Source: Mobula hypostoma
Lineage: Eukaryota
Assembly: GCF_963921235.1 (NCBI RefSeq)
Contig: NC_086097.1
Location: forward strand, 18,602,001 to 18,666,000
Direction: 5' to 3'
DNA: 64,000 nt
In this document: positions 25,587 through 39,100 of the stretch, in pieces
Position numbering within the stretch: the stretch's first letter is position 1
Layout of the letters: each line of letters starts with the position of its first letter
Notes under the pieces: model-generated
What the model was told of the DNA's origin: nothing
The model's input: the letters and a program-made list of their open reading frames with translations, nothing else
The model's database searches: none
Made by a program: the position numbers and the translations under genes

Positions 25587-26276
25587 TTAGATTTTAGATT
25601 AGAGTATGAGGACGCTCAGGCCTCGTTTATTGTCATTTAGAAATGCATGCACTAAAAAATGATACGCTGTTCCTCCAGTATGATATCTCAGAAACACAAG
25701 ACAGACCAAGACTAAAACGGACAAAAACCACATAATTATTACATATAGTTACAACAGTGCAAAGCAATACCATAATTTGATAAGAGCAGATCATGGGCAC
25801 AGTAAAAAAAAAGTCTCAAAGTCCCGATAGCCCCAACATCTCACGCAGATGATAGAAGGGAGAAACTCTCCCTGCCATGAGCTTCCAGCGCCCCAAACTT
25901 GCCGATGCAGCATCCTGGAAGCACCTGACCACAGTCGGACTCTGAGTCCATCCGAAAACTTCGAGCCTCCGACCAGCCCTCCGACACTGAGCACTGAGCA
26001 CCATCTCTGCCGAGCACTTCGACCCCGCCCCGACCGCCGAGCAACAGGCAAAGCCGAGGATTCGGGGCCTTCCCCTCTGGAGATTTCGGATCACACAGTA
26101 GCAAGGGCAGCGAAACAGGCATTTCAGAAGTTTCACCAGATGTTCCTCCGTGCTTCTTCACGTCTGTCTCTATCAAATCAGGATTGTGTACGGCATCCTA
26201 ATTGTCAGATAACAGATACTCATCACCGGAGAGGCTGCACGCGCTATGTTGTGCCGCCATTTTCTCGTCCTCCTCC
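25587..26276 (-). mobile_element. Non-autonomous retroposon family A, full-length copy
   Basis: The antisense starts 'ggaggaggacgagaaaatggcgg' and ends with the stem-loop and (ATCTA)n-type tail; collinear with 15448-16120. Confidence 0.82.
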
Positions 26277-26731
26277 TAACATTATTGGTTATAATGTTCA
26301 TAGCCATGTCAAGCCAGTTGCAATCCAATCCACAGTAAGCCATGATTGTCCTTTATGTGTTCAAGGATTAAGTGAAGAAGGAATTAGATAAATTAGAATT
26401 AAATGCCTTTCTAGTAAAGACAAATTCAAATAACTGTAAACTAAAGTACAGCAGGCAGTTCGATCACATGATGAATACAAGGTGATGTTGAACCATGAAA
26501 CTGATGGCAAGCAGTACCTGTTGATTACTCTGCAAGTTTAATATATGGAGAAAGCAGGAGTCATAGATTTCCTCAAATTAACTCAGTCGCCTACTATATA
26601 CATAGAGTCAGTCATAGAATTACAGAGATTCAGCATAGAAACAGGACTATTTTACCTATTGATCCAAATGAACCAAGTTGCCGAATGGAGCTAGTCCAGT
26701 TTTTCTGCGTTTAACCCCTACCCCCCTAAAC

Positions 26732-26810
26732 CAGGGATTCCCAACTTTTTTGATGCCATGGACCAATACCATTAAGCAAGGGGTCCGTGCACTCCAGGTT
26801 GGGAACCCTG
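26732..26810. mobile_element. 79-bp hAT/Charlie-type MITE
   Basis: TIRs 'cagggattcccaac' / 'gttgggaaccctg'; 8-bp TSD-like ccctaaac (26724-26731) / ctctgaac (26811-26818), 6 of 8 identical. Confidence 0.75.
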
Positions 26811-26849
26811 CTCTGAACCTTGCCTATTCATGTACCTGCCTTTTGTTAC

Positions 26850-27190
26850 TGGGTGGTGTGGTAGTGCAGTAGTTAGCATAACTCCTCTTTACAGAGCTAA
26901 TGATCGGGGGTCAATTCCAGTCACTGTTTGTAAGGAGTTTGTACATTCTCCCTGTGACTGTGTGGGTTTTCTTGGTGAGCTCTGATTTTCTCCCACGTTC
27001 CAAGGACATATGGATTAGTAAGTGTTAGTAGGTTGTGGGTATGTTATATTACTGCTGGAAGCCTGGTAACACTTGTAAGCTACCCTCAGCACTTATTTGG
27101 ACTGTATTGATCGCTGACGGAAATGATGTCGTTCACTATATGTTTCAATGTTTTGGTGTAGTTCTGAAAATAAAATGATAATCTAATCTG
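26850..27190 (+). mobile_element. V-SINE
   Basis: tRNA-like head, V-domain 'ggagtttgtacattctccctgtgactgtgtgggtttt...ctcccacgttccaaggac', and a LINE-like tail. Confidence 0.75.
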
Positions 27191-28789
27191 TTAAATGCCA
27201 TAATTGTACCTGCCTCTACTTCCCCTGGCAACTGATTCAGTGTCCTCACCACCCTTTGGGTAAAATTGTTGCCCCTTGGCTTCCTTTTAAATATTTACCC
27301 TCTCTCTTGAAACCCATGCCCATTAAGTTTGGACTCTCCTGCAGTCACACATTTCTAGATTCTTAGTTCCTTTTCTTTCTTCCTTATACCTGCCTTCACC
27401 CATCTATTAACTAGGCGACATCACTTAAAGAGCCTTGGTCTTCATCCTATCACAGACATCTCCTTTGTTCTATCCAATCCCATGCCTCGCTGCAGTATTT
27501 TCTCACTATTCAAGCTCTGTTGAGAAGTCCTTCAGCTGAAAGATTAAAGTAGTTCCCCACTCCACAGATGCTGCCTGGCCTGCTGAGAAGTTCCAGCATT
27601 TCTGTTTGTAGTTCAGGTTTTCAGCATGTACAGTTTTTTTTCCCAATTATTACCCCTGAAACTCCTGGCTATCCCTGTTCAAAGTGGAGGAGGTAGATTC
27701 AGGAAGTCACTGAGCACTTCAAGTCCATGCATCAGGGCAGAAGACCTGTGCAATTAGTGAAGGGAATGAACCACCTCACAATTTACTCACCTACGTGCCC
27801 GCTAACGCATCATCAATGGAGGGAGATGCATGCTTCTGCTCCTCGGGCTGGGTGAGAATAGAATTAGAGATCATAGGCAAAGGGTGAAAGGGGAAATGAG
27901 GGGAACTTGAGGGGGATATTCTTCACTCAGATGGTGGTATGAGCTGCGGGTTTGATTGTAACATTTAGGAGAAGTCTGTATAGGTTAATGGGTTGGAGGG
28001 TGGTAGTCCAGGTGCAGGTAGATGGGACTAAGCAGATCAGGCCAGAACCAGATGGGCAGAAGTGACTGTTTCTATGCCACAGTGCTCAGTGAATCTGCAG
28101 ATCCCACCTTGGGTTCATTGGTCATCTCAGATCTCACAGAACCACACTGGATTTGTTCATGCCAAGAAAGAAATAGAAGATGGCTGAAGAAAATCCTGAA
28201 GCTGGTTACACAAACACAATATAAAACTCAAAAGAAGTAAATGCAATTATACAGAAGAAATGACATCATCTTAGACTAAAAATAAATGTAAATGGATTAT
28301 ATCCAGTCCATGAAATGATGGATGAAAATATAAAGCAAGGGAACATGGAAATATTATTGCACCTACTAGACTTTACAGGTCCTAGAACAGTATTGACATC
28401 ATTACATTAACTCCTGAAGATTAATGAAAAATTAAGTTGGCTATAGATTAAAAATACATCCAAAAGTACAAAAGAGAGCATATTGTTTGTTTGAGCATGT
28501 TAATGTAAGTATTACTTCTGTAAGAAGTGTCTGGGAAATAAATAACATGTTTTTTTTCTGTTCTTTAAGCTGTTCACTACTTTTCTGTTCGTTTTGTATT
28601 CACTACCCAATTCACTCATTGAAACTGATGAGTGCTGTTTTGAATTAGGGATGGGAGCTATAATTAGTTAAATATTGAATGATGATCAAGAAGAAAAGAG
28701 TATTCAACCCATACATTGGCAACAAGTAAGAAAAATTATGCTCAAACCAAGAAAGCAACGACAGGAATTAACCTTAAGTTAAAAAGTTA

Positions 28790-29045
28790 TTCATTTATTA
28801 AGATACAGCACAGAATAGGCTCTCCCAACACTTTGAGACACATCGTCCAGCAATCCCGGATTTAATTTGAGTCCAATCATGGGACAATTTACAATGACCA
28901 ATTAACCTACCAACTGGTATGTCTTTGGACTCTGGGTGGAAACCAGAGCACCCGGAGGAAACCCCTTACAGGCAGCAGTGGAAATTGAATCCCCGTTACC
29001 TGTACGGTAAGGCATTGTGCTGAACACTACGCTACCATGACGCCC
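28790..29045 (-). mobile_element. V-SINE
   Basis: Antisense V-domain 'gtctttggactctgggtggaaaccagagcacccggaggaaacc'. Confidence 0.75.
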
Positions 29046-29382
29046 CATTATATCAGTTCTTACTGGGCTGATGTTTAGCAATGACAAGATATCATTGGAT
29101 GGCACAACCTTGTAGCAGCTCGAGCTGTTGTCTCACACCTCCAGCCACCCAGGTTCAGTCCTGTTCCCTGGGCTGTCTGTGTGGAGTTTCCATGTTTTTC
29201 CCACGACATTGTGTGGTTCACTGAATGCTGCAGTTTCTTTTCTTATTCCAAAGATATTCTGGGTTGGTTGATACAGACTGGTGTACGTAGGTAGTAGGAG
29301 ACTTAGCGGTGAAGCTGATGGGCAGAGATCAGAAAGGACTACCTGAAGAAACAAGGAGAATGTTAGAATGAGGGTGGTGTGG

Positions 29383-29890
29383 TGTCATGAGCCCTGGAGG
29401 CCTCTGCAACTTGCCACAGAGTGTTGGGCTTCGGGGTTTCTCGAGCACCTGTGTTTACTACTTGTTGGAGCCATTGAGCCCAGGTGCTTTCAAGTTAATT
29501 GCGACCAGCAAATGTTTCCCCATGTTCTATGATTACTTAACGGGGACTATCGTTCTGCTCTGTAGGTGGAGCCCTACTGTGTGTTGGAGAACGGTTTGTC
29601 TTGTGGTATCGCTTGCTCTTGCCTCTGATGCTCTGTCGGTATTCCCATGTCTGATCTTTTGTTTCTGTCTCTTCATGGGGAGTCTGCCGTGCCTCTGCTC
29701 TTGGGTCAAGTTATTGCCAGTGCTTACTGTGAAAGAGTCTGCCATTGTCCACACCTGGGTTGAGTTGGTGCCAGCAACCACTGTGACGGAGAAAGTCTGC
29801 CGTGCCTCCGCACCTGAGCCATGTTCCACAAGTGCACACAGTGGTACTGTCTGTCGAGTTGCTATGTCACATCTCCAGCAAACTGGGTTC
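29383..29890. mobile_element. Possible LTR fragment with internal ~56-bp imperfect repeats
   Basis: Begins TGTCATGA; three spaced copies of 'agtctgcc(g/a)t' near 29681, 29736 and 29794; cut by a CR1; no CA terminus found. Confidence 0.3.
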
Positions 29891-30810
29891 ATAGAACATA
29901 GAACATAGAATAGTACAGCACAGTACAGGCCCTTCGGCCCACAATGTTGTGCGGACCCTCAAACCCTGCCTCCCATATAACCCCCCACCTTAAATTCCTC
30001 CATATACCTGTCTAGTAGTCTCTTAAATTTCACTAGTGTATCTGCCTCCACCACTGACTCAGGCAGTGCATTCCATGCACCAACCACTCTCTGAGTAAAA
30101 AACCTTTCTCTAATAACCCCCTTGAACTTCCCACCCCTTACCTTAAAGCCATGTCCTCTTGTATTGAGCAGTGGTGCCCTGGGGAAGAGGCGTTGACTAT
30201 CCACTCTATCTATTCCTCTTATTATCTTGTACACCTCTATCATGTCTCCTCTCAACCTCCTTCTCTCCAAAGAGTAAAGCCCTAACTCCCTTAATCCCTG
30301 ATCATAATGCATACTCTCTAAACCAGGTAGCATCCTGGTAAGTCTCCTCTGTGCCCTTTCCAATGCTTCCACATCCTTCCTATAGTGAGGTGACCAGAAC
30401 TGGACACAGTACTCCAAGTGTGGCCTAACCAGAGTTTTATAGAGCTGCATCATTACATCACGACTCTTAAACTCTATCCCTCGACTTATGAAAGCTAACA
30501 CCTCATAAGCTTTCTTAACTACCCTATCCACCTGTGAGGCAACTTTCAGGGATCTGAGGACATGTACCCCAGATCCCTCTGTTCCTCCACACTACTAAGT
30601 ATCCTGCCATTTACTTTGTACTCTGCCTTGGAGTTTGTCCTTCCAAAGTGTACCACCTCACACTTCTCCGGGTTGAACTCCATCTGCCACTTCTCAGCCC
30701 ACTTCTGCATCCTATCAATGTCTCTCTGCAATCTTTGACAATCCTCTACACCATCTACAACACCGTCAACCTTTGTGTCATCTGCAAACTTGCCAACCCA
30801 CCCTTCTACC
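29890..30810 (-). mobile_element. Young CR1 RT C-terminus and 3' end
   Basis: 'GKFADDTKV', plus 190-aa ORF 'LYKTLVRPHLEYCVQFWSPHYRKDV..LER.QRR'; (TTCTATG)n tail. Confidence 0.95.
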
Positions 30811-31069
30811 TTACCTCTAGTGCTGTGTGTGCAGAGTTTACATGTTCTACTGGTGACTGCCTGTATCGGCCTACCACATTGAAGCAAATGCAATGAAGAC
30901 ACACCAACAGCAATACCTCATTAGGAGTGTGAGAAGATTTGGTTTTTCTTTTCAAAAGGGACAAAGCAATACCCTGTGTGTAATAAGTGATGTTTGTATT
31001 AATGTGTTATGGGGTCAGTGAAATAAACAAGGTGCATCTCTCCTTATCTCCACACATTACCTGCTTTAC

Positions 31070-32642
31070 ATAGAAACATAGAAAACTTACAGCACAATAC
31101 AGGCCCTTCGGCCCAGAAAGTTGTGCCGAACATGTCCTTACCTTAGAAATTACTAGGCTTACCTATAGCCCTCTATTTTCCTAAGCTCCATGTACTTATC
31201 CAAAAGTTTCTTAAAAAACCCTATCGTATCCGTCTCCACCACCGTTGCCGGCAGCCCATACCACGCACTCACCACACTCTGAGTAAAAAACTTACCCCTG
31301 GCATCTCTGTACCTACTCTCCAGCAACTTAAACCTGTGTCTTCTTGTGGCAACCATTTCAGCCCTGGGAAAAAGCCTCTGACTATCCACACAATCAATGC
31401 CTCTCATCATCTTATACACCTCTATCAGGTCACCTCTCCTCCTCCGTTGCTCCAAGGAGAAAAGGCCGAGTTCACTCAACCTGACTTCATAAGGCATGCT
31501 CCTCAATCCAGGAAAAATCATTGTAAATCTCCTCTGACCCTTTCTATGGTTACAACATCCTTCCTGTAGTGAGGTGACCAGAACTGAGCACAGTACTCCA
31601 AGTGGGGTCTGATCAGGTCCTATATAGCTGCAACATTACCTCTCGGCTCCTAAGTTCAATTCCACGATTGATGAAGGCCAATGCACAGTACGCCTTCTTA
31701 ACTACAGTGTCAACCTACGCAGCTGCTTTGAGTGTCCTATGGACTCCAACCCCAAGGTCCCTCTGATCCTCCACACTGCCATTAATACTATATTCTGCCA
31801 TCATATTTGACATACCAAAATGAGCCACTTCACACTTATCTGGGTTGAACTCTACCTGCCACTTCTCAGCCCAGTTTTGCATCCTATCAGTGTCCCGCTG
31901 TAACCTCTGACAGCCCTCCACACTATCTACAACACCTCCAACCTTTGTGTCATCAGCAAACTTACCAACCCATCCCTCCACTTCCTCATCCAGGTCATTT
32001 ATAAAAATCACAAAGAGTAAGGGTCCCAGAACAGATCCTTGAGGCACACCACTGGTCACCGACCTCCATGCAGAATATGATCTGTCTACAACCACTCTTT
32101 GCCTTCTTTGGGCAAGCCAGTTCTGGATCCACAAAGCAATGTCCCCATGGATCCCATGCCTACTTACTTTCTCAATAAGCCTTGCATGGGGTACCTTATC
32201 AAATGCCTTGCTGAAATCCATATACACTACTTCTACTCTTCCTTCATCAATGTGTTTAATCTCATCCTCAAAAAATTCAATCAGGCTCGTAAGGCACAAC
32301 CTGCCCTTGACAAAGCAATGCTGACTATTTCTAATCATATTAAACTTCTCCAAATGTTCATAAATCTTGCCTCTCAGGATCTTCTCCATCAACTTACCAA
32401 CCACTAAGGTAAGACTCACTGGTCTATAATTTCCTGGGCTATCTCTACTCCCATTTTTGAATAAAGGAACAACATCCGCAACTCTCCAATCCTCTGGAAC
32501 CTCTCCCATCCCCATTGATGATGCAAAGATCATCGCCAGAGGCTCAGCAATCTCCTCCCTCACCTCCCACAGTAGCCTGGGGTATATCTCTTCCGGTCCC
32601 GGCGACTTATCCAACTTGATGCTTTCCAAAAGCTCCAGCACA
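31070..32642 (-). mobile_element. CR1 LINE, RT domain to 3' end
   Basis: 308-aa ORF with 'YMDFSKAFDKVPH', 'SGVPQGSVLGPLLFVIFINDL', 'KFADDTK'. Confidence 0.96.
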
Positions 32643-32669
32643 TGTTACCCATGTTACAAAGATAATGTG

Positions 32670-33930
32670 ATAGACAGCAACACCTCTGCCATGATTGCCT
32701 TCAACACTGGCGTGCTACAAGGATGCATCCTCAGTTCCCTGCTCTATTCCCTTTTCACTGATGGTTGTGTGGCCAGATTCTGCTCTACCTCTATCTACAT
32801 GTTTGTAGATGATACCACCATAGTGAGCTGTATCTCAAATTCTGCTCTAAATCCATTTCCATTGCAGTTGTTAGTACTGTAATGAGCCGTGTTTCAAATA
32901 GTTGTCATTCAGAGTACAGGAAGGAGGTGGATAGATTATTAAGGTGGTGTCCTGACAACAAGCTTTCCATCATTGTCAACAGAAGAGAAAAACTGGACAT
33001 GGACTTCCAGCGATGGTGGACATCATTCTCCTGCTTGCATTAACAGTGCTGAGGTTGAGAAGGTTGAGAACTTCAAGTCCCTATGAGTGAACGTCACCAA
33101 AACCCTGCCCAACCAGGATCAGTTTGGTTAGAAACCATTAATATACAAAACTCTATTATGTCAGTTGATTGTTTTTGTCCACAACCTATTAATTTTACTT
33201 TTGCCTCAGCTTTTTCTCTTCCACATTGCCCTCAAGACCACATAGCTGTGTTTTGGAAATTCTACTTATTAGTAATTCAGTGAATGTATAACCCAGTCTA
33301 GCCATGTTGAGACCTTGGTAAACACAGCTCACCTATGTGTCTATTTCCTGAGGAGGCAAAAGAAATTTGGCAGGACTCCTTTGACTCACTGATTTATATT
33401 TATCCACCACAGAAAGCATCGTATCTACATGCATTACAGCTTGATACAGCAACTGCTCAGCCATTTACCACAAGAAACTGCAGAGAATTGTGAACACAGA
33501 TCAGTATATCATGGAAAAATGTCTCCCTTCTATGAACTCTGTTTACACTTAGTCAAAACTCAGTAAAGCAATCAGCATTATCAAAGACACCACATATCAT
33601 GAACATGCTCTCTTCTCCCGCTTCTATCTGGCAGAAGATACAAAAGCCCAAAAGTATGTACCACCAGGCTTAAAGACAGCTTCTATCTGACTAATTCAAT
33701 AAGACTATTGAATTGTTTCCCAAAACAATAAGATGGCCTCGACCTCATTATGACTTTGCACATTATTGTTTTCTTGCACTTAGCTTTCTTTGAAACAGTA
33801 AAATTTAGAATAAAGTTTTATTATTGTTTTACCTGTACTACCTCAATACAAGATGTGAATAATCTATATGCACAGTATGCAAGAAGTTTTTCTCTGTGCC
33901 TTTTATACATTGACAATAATAGACTAATTT
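32670..33930 (+). mobile_element. Degraded Rex/Babar LINE
   Basis: 'NTGVLQGCILSSLLYSLFT.GCVARF..TSIYMFVDDTTIV'; Rex 3' text near 33600-33690. Confidence 0.75.
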
Positions 33931-34284
33931 AACTCTTTAATACATTGCAGAACCAAAGACAAGTTTCTTCACTTTTTTGTATTCTCCATGTTCTATTCCT
34001 GGATAACTTTAAACACCCGTTTTAACAAAGATGTCCTCCATTGTTAAAGTGAGGAAATAATTTGGTATCTGCCATATGGTCACTACCGTAAAGAGTGGCG
34101 TAGGAAGAGACACAATTAAAAATTCTGCAGAATAGCATTTACGTAGCAAGAATCTGCAAGATTATAGCCCAAGAGCTGGGAAGTGAAATTAGCCTAACGT
34201 CCATTGCTGGCCAGTATAAATACAGGCAGTTGAATTATCTCCTTCCCTGCTGCAAGTTCACAAAATTTACATAAAATATAATTG

Positions 34285-34700
34285 CAGTTCAAATGGTTCA
34301 GTTTAATATCAAGGAATGTATACAGTATACAAACTGAAATTCTTACTCTTTGCAGACACCCATGAAACAAAAAAACCTCAAAGACTGAATGACACCCCAC
34401 CCCCTTCTTCTACTTGCACCAGCAATAGCACCAGCCCACCCGCCTACCATACGAGCAAAGCAAAAGCTCCCGAAGAGACCTCGCTCTAGAGTCCAGCAAG
34501 ATCCACTGTCCGTAACCCAACGCTTTGGTATCTCAGACAGGCTCTTTCTCACTAGCAAGGGAGAGAGAGATCGCTCCTGCAAAAGCAAGAGTGGGAAATC
34601 AGCAGCCCGCTGTCTTGACATTACAATCTTCCGTGTCGCTTCTCTGAGTCCCCAGACTCGCGTACCGACAGGCTCTCACTGCCATCAAAATGTGAAAGAG
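34285..34700 (-). mobile_element. Unclassified repeat family B (3' portion with tail)
   Basis: Homologous to 21140-21454; the antisense end resembles LINE 3' UTRs ('gtatactgtatacattccttgatattaaactgaacc'). Confidence 0.55.
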
Positions 34701-35264
34701 AGTTGATCCTTCTTTCAAAAATAAGTAATCTGTTCTAGTCAAAACAACAAAATGGAAGAATGTTAGGCAAAGGATAGCTGGTGAAGGTAGAGGCTATATT
34801 GGAAACAATACAGTGACATAACCGAATAAATCTTGCTCCACATTATTGAAATGAAAATGTTAAAATTATAAGAAGTGAAATATATTTCAGAATGGCTGAA
34901 AGGTATTTTGTCCTCAGCCTGAATATGCTATTAAACATCTTATGTCCTGTGGTAAAAATGCAGGCGCAAAAAAATAGCTAGAAAGATACCGTGAATAGCT
35001 GGAGGATGACTGCAGTCTGAAAAGGTTAGAACTGGGCTAATAGGACCATTTAGTGGGGAGCGTTTGACAAGCACCATACTATATAACTCAGCCTGAGGGA
35101 ATAATATGGACACAGATAATGACTCCAACCTTCCCTCAACTGGCAGCTGCTGGACTCAGTTTTGTCCCCAGATTCCGTGAGTGACAGTGTGCAGCCCTTC
35201 TGTATTAAAAATGTTATTTAACACTGTTTAGTTCCTGTTGGATTAATTACACGTGGTTTTAAAT

Positions 35265-35807
35265 CAGCGTACAGGAGCAAGACAGGAAAACAGGTTGCAT
35301 GTGCTGCAACAATAACCTCTCACTTAACGTCAGTGAAATGTTAGTGAAAGGGATGGAGGGCAAACGTACATTGGGGGATTGGCATTGGAGAGGATCAGCA
35401 GCTTTAAATTTCTGGGCATTAACATATCAAATGACCCGTCCGGAGCCCAGCACAATCACAAGGAAGGCACACCACTCACTTTACTTCCTCAGAAGGTTAA
35501 GAAGTTTCAGCTTGTCACAAAACTCTCTAAAATTTTCTACAGCTGGACTGCTGAAAGCATCCTGAGTGGTTGCATTATGGTCTGTTACAGCAACTTCAAT
35601 GCACAAGAATGTAAGAAACTGCAGACAATAGTGGACAATACATCACGGGCACTCCCCACCATTGGTAGGATCTACATGAGACATTGCCTTCAGCAGGCAA
35701 TACCTATCAGCAAAGATGCCAACCATCCATGCCATGCCATCTTCTTATTGCTAATACTGGGCAGGAGGTACAGATGTCTGAAATCCCTCACCACCAGGTT
35801 CAAGGAA
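35265..35807 (+). mobile_element. Rex/Babar C-terminal fragment, followed directly by a V-SINE (35808-36070)
   Basis: 'SFKFLGINIS', 'ESILSGCIMVCY', 'GRRYRCLKSLTTRFK'; SINE core 'gtgggtttcctccaggtgctcccagtttcctcccacagtccaaagacgt'. Confidence 0.8.
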
Positions 35808-36085
35808 GGTTAGCACAATGCTCTACATTACTAGCAACCCGGGTTCAATTCCCGCTGCTGCCTGTAAGGAGATTGTAAGTTCTTCTCGTGACCACGTGGG
35901 TTTCCTCCAGGTGCTCCCAGTTTCCTCCCACAGTCCAAAGACGTACCGGTTGTAGATTGATTAGTCATTGTAAATTGTACCATGATTAGGATTAAATCAG
36001 GGGATTACTGGGCAGTGTGGCTCGAAGGGCAGGAAGGGCCCACACCATACTGTGTTTCAATAAATAAATGAGTGAGACCAGTTGC

Positions 36086-36120
36086 GTCCTGATGAAGGGT
36101 CTCGACCTGAAACATTGACT
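36086..36120 (+). ncRNA. Minimal type I hammerhead ribozyme motif in a Penelope-derived repeat (36086-36220)
   Basis: GTC-CTGATGA-A-GGGTC-TC-GACCT-GAAA-CATT-GAC: helix I GTC/GAC, CUGAUGA and GAAA core boxes, helix II; the short palindromic helix III (consensus AACGTT) shows CpG decay. Confidence 0.6.
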
Positions 36121-39100
36121 GTTGATTCCCATCCATAGATGCTGTCTGACCTGCTGAGCTCCTCCAGCGCATTGTGTGTTTTGTTCTGGCTCTCCTGCAT
36201 CTGCAGTACCTCTTCTGTCTACGCTTCCCTTCAACCATTCAGTTCTTGAACCAACCTGCAGAACTCTAATCGCTGTCTCAATACAGCAACACTCTGACCA
36301 CTTTGCATTGCAAAAATTGTGTCCAATTGATGCTTGATTCAACGAATGCTGCTTATCTGAAGTTATGTGCCTGTGATTCTGCTGTAAGTAAGATTCTCAT
36401 TGCACCTGTGCATACAGGTACTTATGCATATAACTTTGACCTTGGCTTTGACAAAGGAAGGTATAACTGCAACATTTAAGTAGTATCTAAACCAGCACTT
36501 GAATCGCTTTTTCTTCCCAGACCCAAAAGAAGGGTCTAAGCCTAAAACTTCATTTCCATGGATGCTGCCTGACCCGCATTTTGTGTGTGTTGCCACAGAA
36601 GGGTACAGACAAGGTTCTGGTAAATGGGACGAGTACAGATGGTCAGCATGGACATGATGGGCTAAAGGCTCTGATTATTCTATGACAAAGTGAGGCTTTG
36701 ATATTTCCCAGTTGTAGGTAAGAGCTGATTGAAAGGTGATTCAGCCATATAGTGTTATGAGGGAGTCTGCTCACTGTCATAGTCGGAATAGTCACTTTCT
36801 GAAAGGCACAAGTTAGATCTTGCTGGCCCCTTTATGATGTTAAATCCCCTAGGTTTTCCTCGGCCACTTATGGCTCTCTCTCTAACCTGCTCACAAAAAT
36901 GGGCCTGGGTGAGCTGGATTTTGAAGCTATGAGGTTCCAGATTTAGAAGGGGATACAATGAAAAATGGATCAACTGACAGAAGCCTGAACCTTTGAAGGG
37001 ATTATTGGGTTGGACAAGCTGAACTATCAGACTGGAGCAGCAGCTACCTACGCAATGTTCGTTTGATTGAGAAGCTCACAAAGATTAAGGGTTGGAAATG
37101 CGCAGCGACAAAGAAAATCTGTTTTTGAAGGGACTATTTCCGCTATAAACTGAGCTGATTTTTAATAGCTACTCTCTGATTTTACTTTGCTTAGTCAGGT
37201 GGCTGTGATGTGTGTGAGACGTGACTAACATGCAATTGCCAGGTTTAACGTCCTCCAAGTTAAGCTCCCAGGAAGCCGCACTTAACTCTGGCTCTCCTGT
37301 GTCCAAAGCCATGTGCCAGCCGTGGCACTGTGAAAGCATTCTCATCTTTGAGCCACCTCTGGACCCCCTTGGGGAATCTTGTAAACAGATCCTGGCATGC
37401 TTTTGTAGACCAGAAGGAATGCTGTAGTGCTAAAAGTGATATCATTTTGATGAAGTTTTAACACGAGGTCCTGTTGATCATCAGTCAAAATTAGCAACAA
37501 CCAGACATTTTTGAGGAAACTCAGTGCAGATTGTAACTTTACAATAGCTTAATGTGAAGGTGCTAAAAGAATACAGGAGGAGAAGTAGGACTAGGTCACT
37601 TAGCCCTTTCAAGCCTGCCCTACCATTCAATGACTAACTAATACTTACCTCGGCTTTTCATCTGTTGCTGGAATCAAACTCATTTTCCATTTTCCATTCC
37701 AGCTCCTCTCTTATTCCTTCTCTTCTCACCTGTCTATCAGCTTCCTCTGCTGCCCTCCCTTTCTCCTATGGTCCACTCTCCTCTCCTATCAGGTTCCTTC
37801 TTCTACAGCCCTTTACCTTTTCCACCTGTCATCTCCAACTTCTCACTTCTTCCTTCCCACCCACCAACCTACCTTCCCCCTCACCTATTACCTGCCGACT
37901 TGTACTAATTTCCCTCCCTCCACCTTCTTGTTCTGGCTTCTTTCGCTTTCCTTTCCAGTCGTGATAAAGGGTCTCAGCCCGAAGCTTCGACTGTTTATCC
38001 CTCTCTGGAGATGCTGCTGAGTCCCTCCAGTGTTTTGTGTGTGTAACTATCCATCTGTGCTAGTTCCCCATAACCATCTATTCCTCGATCTTATACATGT
38101 TGCTCTGTGAACATACGCTATGTTGGTGCTGAGCTGCTCAGCAGAATTCTTGCTGCTTTGGTTTGATCCAAATGAAGCATTTCACTCTGTTTCGATGTAC
38201 ATGAAGTCAGAAATGCAAATTTCTTTATTCATCTATCTCCAGCCGAAATAAATTTAGGAGGACAGGCCCTCAAAGCTGTGATACCACCTAGCAGGCGTCG
38301 GGTGTCGAAGGCAGGCATCAGATGATCTTGGTGGGCTGGGGGTCTCGACTCTATACATGCATATTCTGCGTCCTTGTGTTTTTCTGATATTCTATATGGA
38401 TTTGTTGACTTGTATATGCAAGAACTGGGCCTCAGGCCATGGTGCCATGGGTGGTGGGGGCAGGGCGTCAGAACTCTATTATTCTATGATTGTGATCTTG
38501 TGCATGACTGTTGGTAATTTGTTTTAGCACCTTGTCCCGAGAGTAACACTATCTTGTTTGACTGTGTTCATGAGTATTCATGTGTGGTTGACTGAGAATT
38601 AAACTTGAATTGAACTGAATTGAGTTTCATTAAATGGTCCGGTCTGCACTCCACACCGTGCCCCCCACCCCAGAGTTAGAGATTCCCAGAGGCTCAGTAC
38701 CATTTGAGAGAAGTTTCTACACACTTCAGTTTTAAAATAACCAGCCCCTTATTTTGTAGTTATGCCTCATTGTTTATGACTTTCCACTTGCGAACGTATC
38801 TCAATATCTACCCTCTCAAGCTCCCTTGCAATCTTATATATTATTTACCTCATATATACATACATACCTTGTATATTGATACATACATATCTTAGTGAAA
38901 TTAAACCTGATTCAGATTCAGATTCAGATTCTCCTGAGCTCCAACATTCACAAACTGTCTAGCTCCTCTTGATAGGGCAACTCTCTCATCCTAACAATTA
39001 GCCTGTTAACAACACACATTAAACTTGCTGGTGAACGCAGCAGGCCAGGCAGCATCTCTAGGAAGACATCTCTAGGAATTAGCCTGTTAATCTGCTTTGG

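Noticed and set aside
25849..26391. Recurring 100-180-aa ORFs at 1530, 15446 and 25849 as a gene family
   Set aside because: They are translations of repeat family A; frames and stops are not conserved between copies.
35808..35870. tRNA genes suggested by B-box-like 'gggttcaattcc' motifs (also near 10165 and 26905)
   Set aside because: These are SINE heads followed directly by the V-domain core; no complete cloverleaf.
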